Notes under the pieces: model-generated
The model's database searches: none
What the model saw: only the letters and a program-made list of their open reading frames with translations
What the model was told of the DNA's origin: nothing
Position numbers and translations under genes: made by a program
Origin: the human T2T-CHM13v2.0 reference genome, Homo sapiens
DNA length: 64,000 nucleotides
Assembly: GCF_009914755.1 (NCBI RefSeq)
Contig: NC_060941.1
Strand: one strand, 5' to 3'
Part shown: positions 62,420 to 64,000 of the stretch, one piece after another
Layout of the letters: each line of letters begins with the position of its first letter
Position numbering within the stretch: position 1 is the first letter of the stretch

Positions 62420-64000
<1,581 letters not shown>

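Overview
Primate (very likely human) genomic DNA, repeat-dense, with no intact cellular protein-coding gene. Bases 1-750 hold the 5' half of a processed TUFM pseudogene on the minus strand, consistent with TUFMP1 of proximal 17q, so this is probably pericentromeric or segmentally duplicated sequence. At about 4.5-8.2 kb lies a GC-rich module of the REP522/BAGE type. Its core is a near-perfect palindrome centred at about 6038, with 3+3 mirrored CCAAT boxes, two divergent TATATAAA boxes and an H2B-style octamer. It is flanked by strand-skewed minisatellites, a second hairpin and a BAGE-homologous fragment. The rest is mostly transposable elements: a full-length L1PA2-like element with an apparent 3' transduction, a twin-primed inverted L1, a third young L1, old L1s, about ten Alus, LTRs (MER41 with tandem GAS sites, LTR8A, MER57, MER39/34, MER67-like, THE1, MST) and DNA transposons (MER85, MER30, MER58, MER5, Tigger1). 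Most notable are the palindromic bidirectional promoter, the private ORF2 substitutions shared among the three young L1s (suggesting local inter-L1 gene conversion), the 3' transduction, a templated local insertion, and three inverted duplications around TA/TG microsatellites. Family and subfamily names come from recalled consensus sequences and need RepeatMasker/Dfam confirmation.
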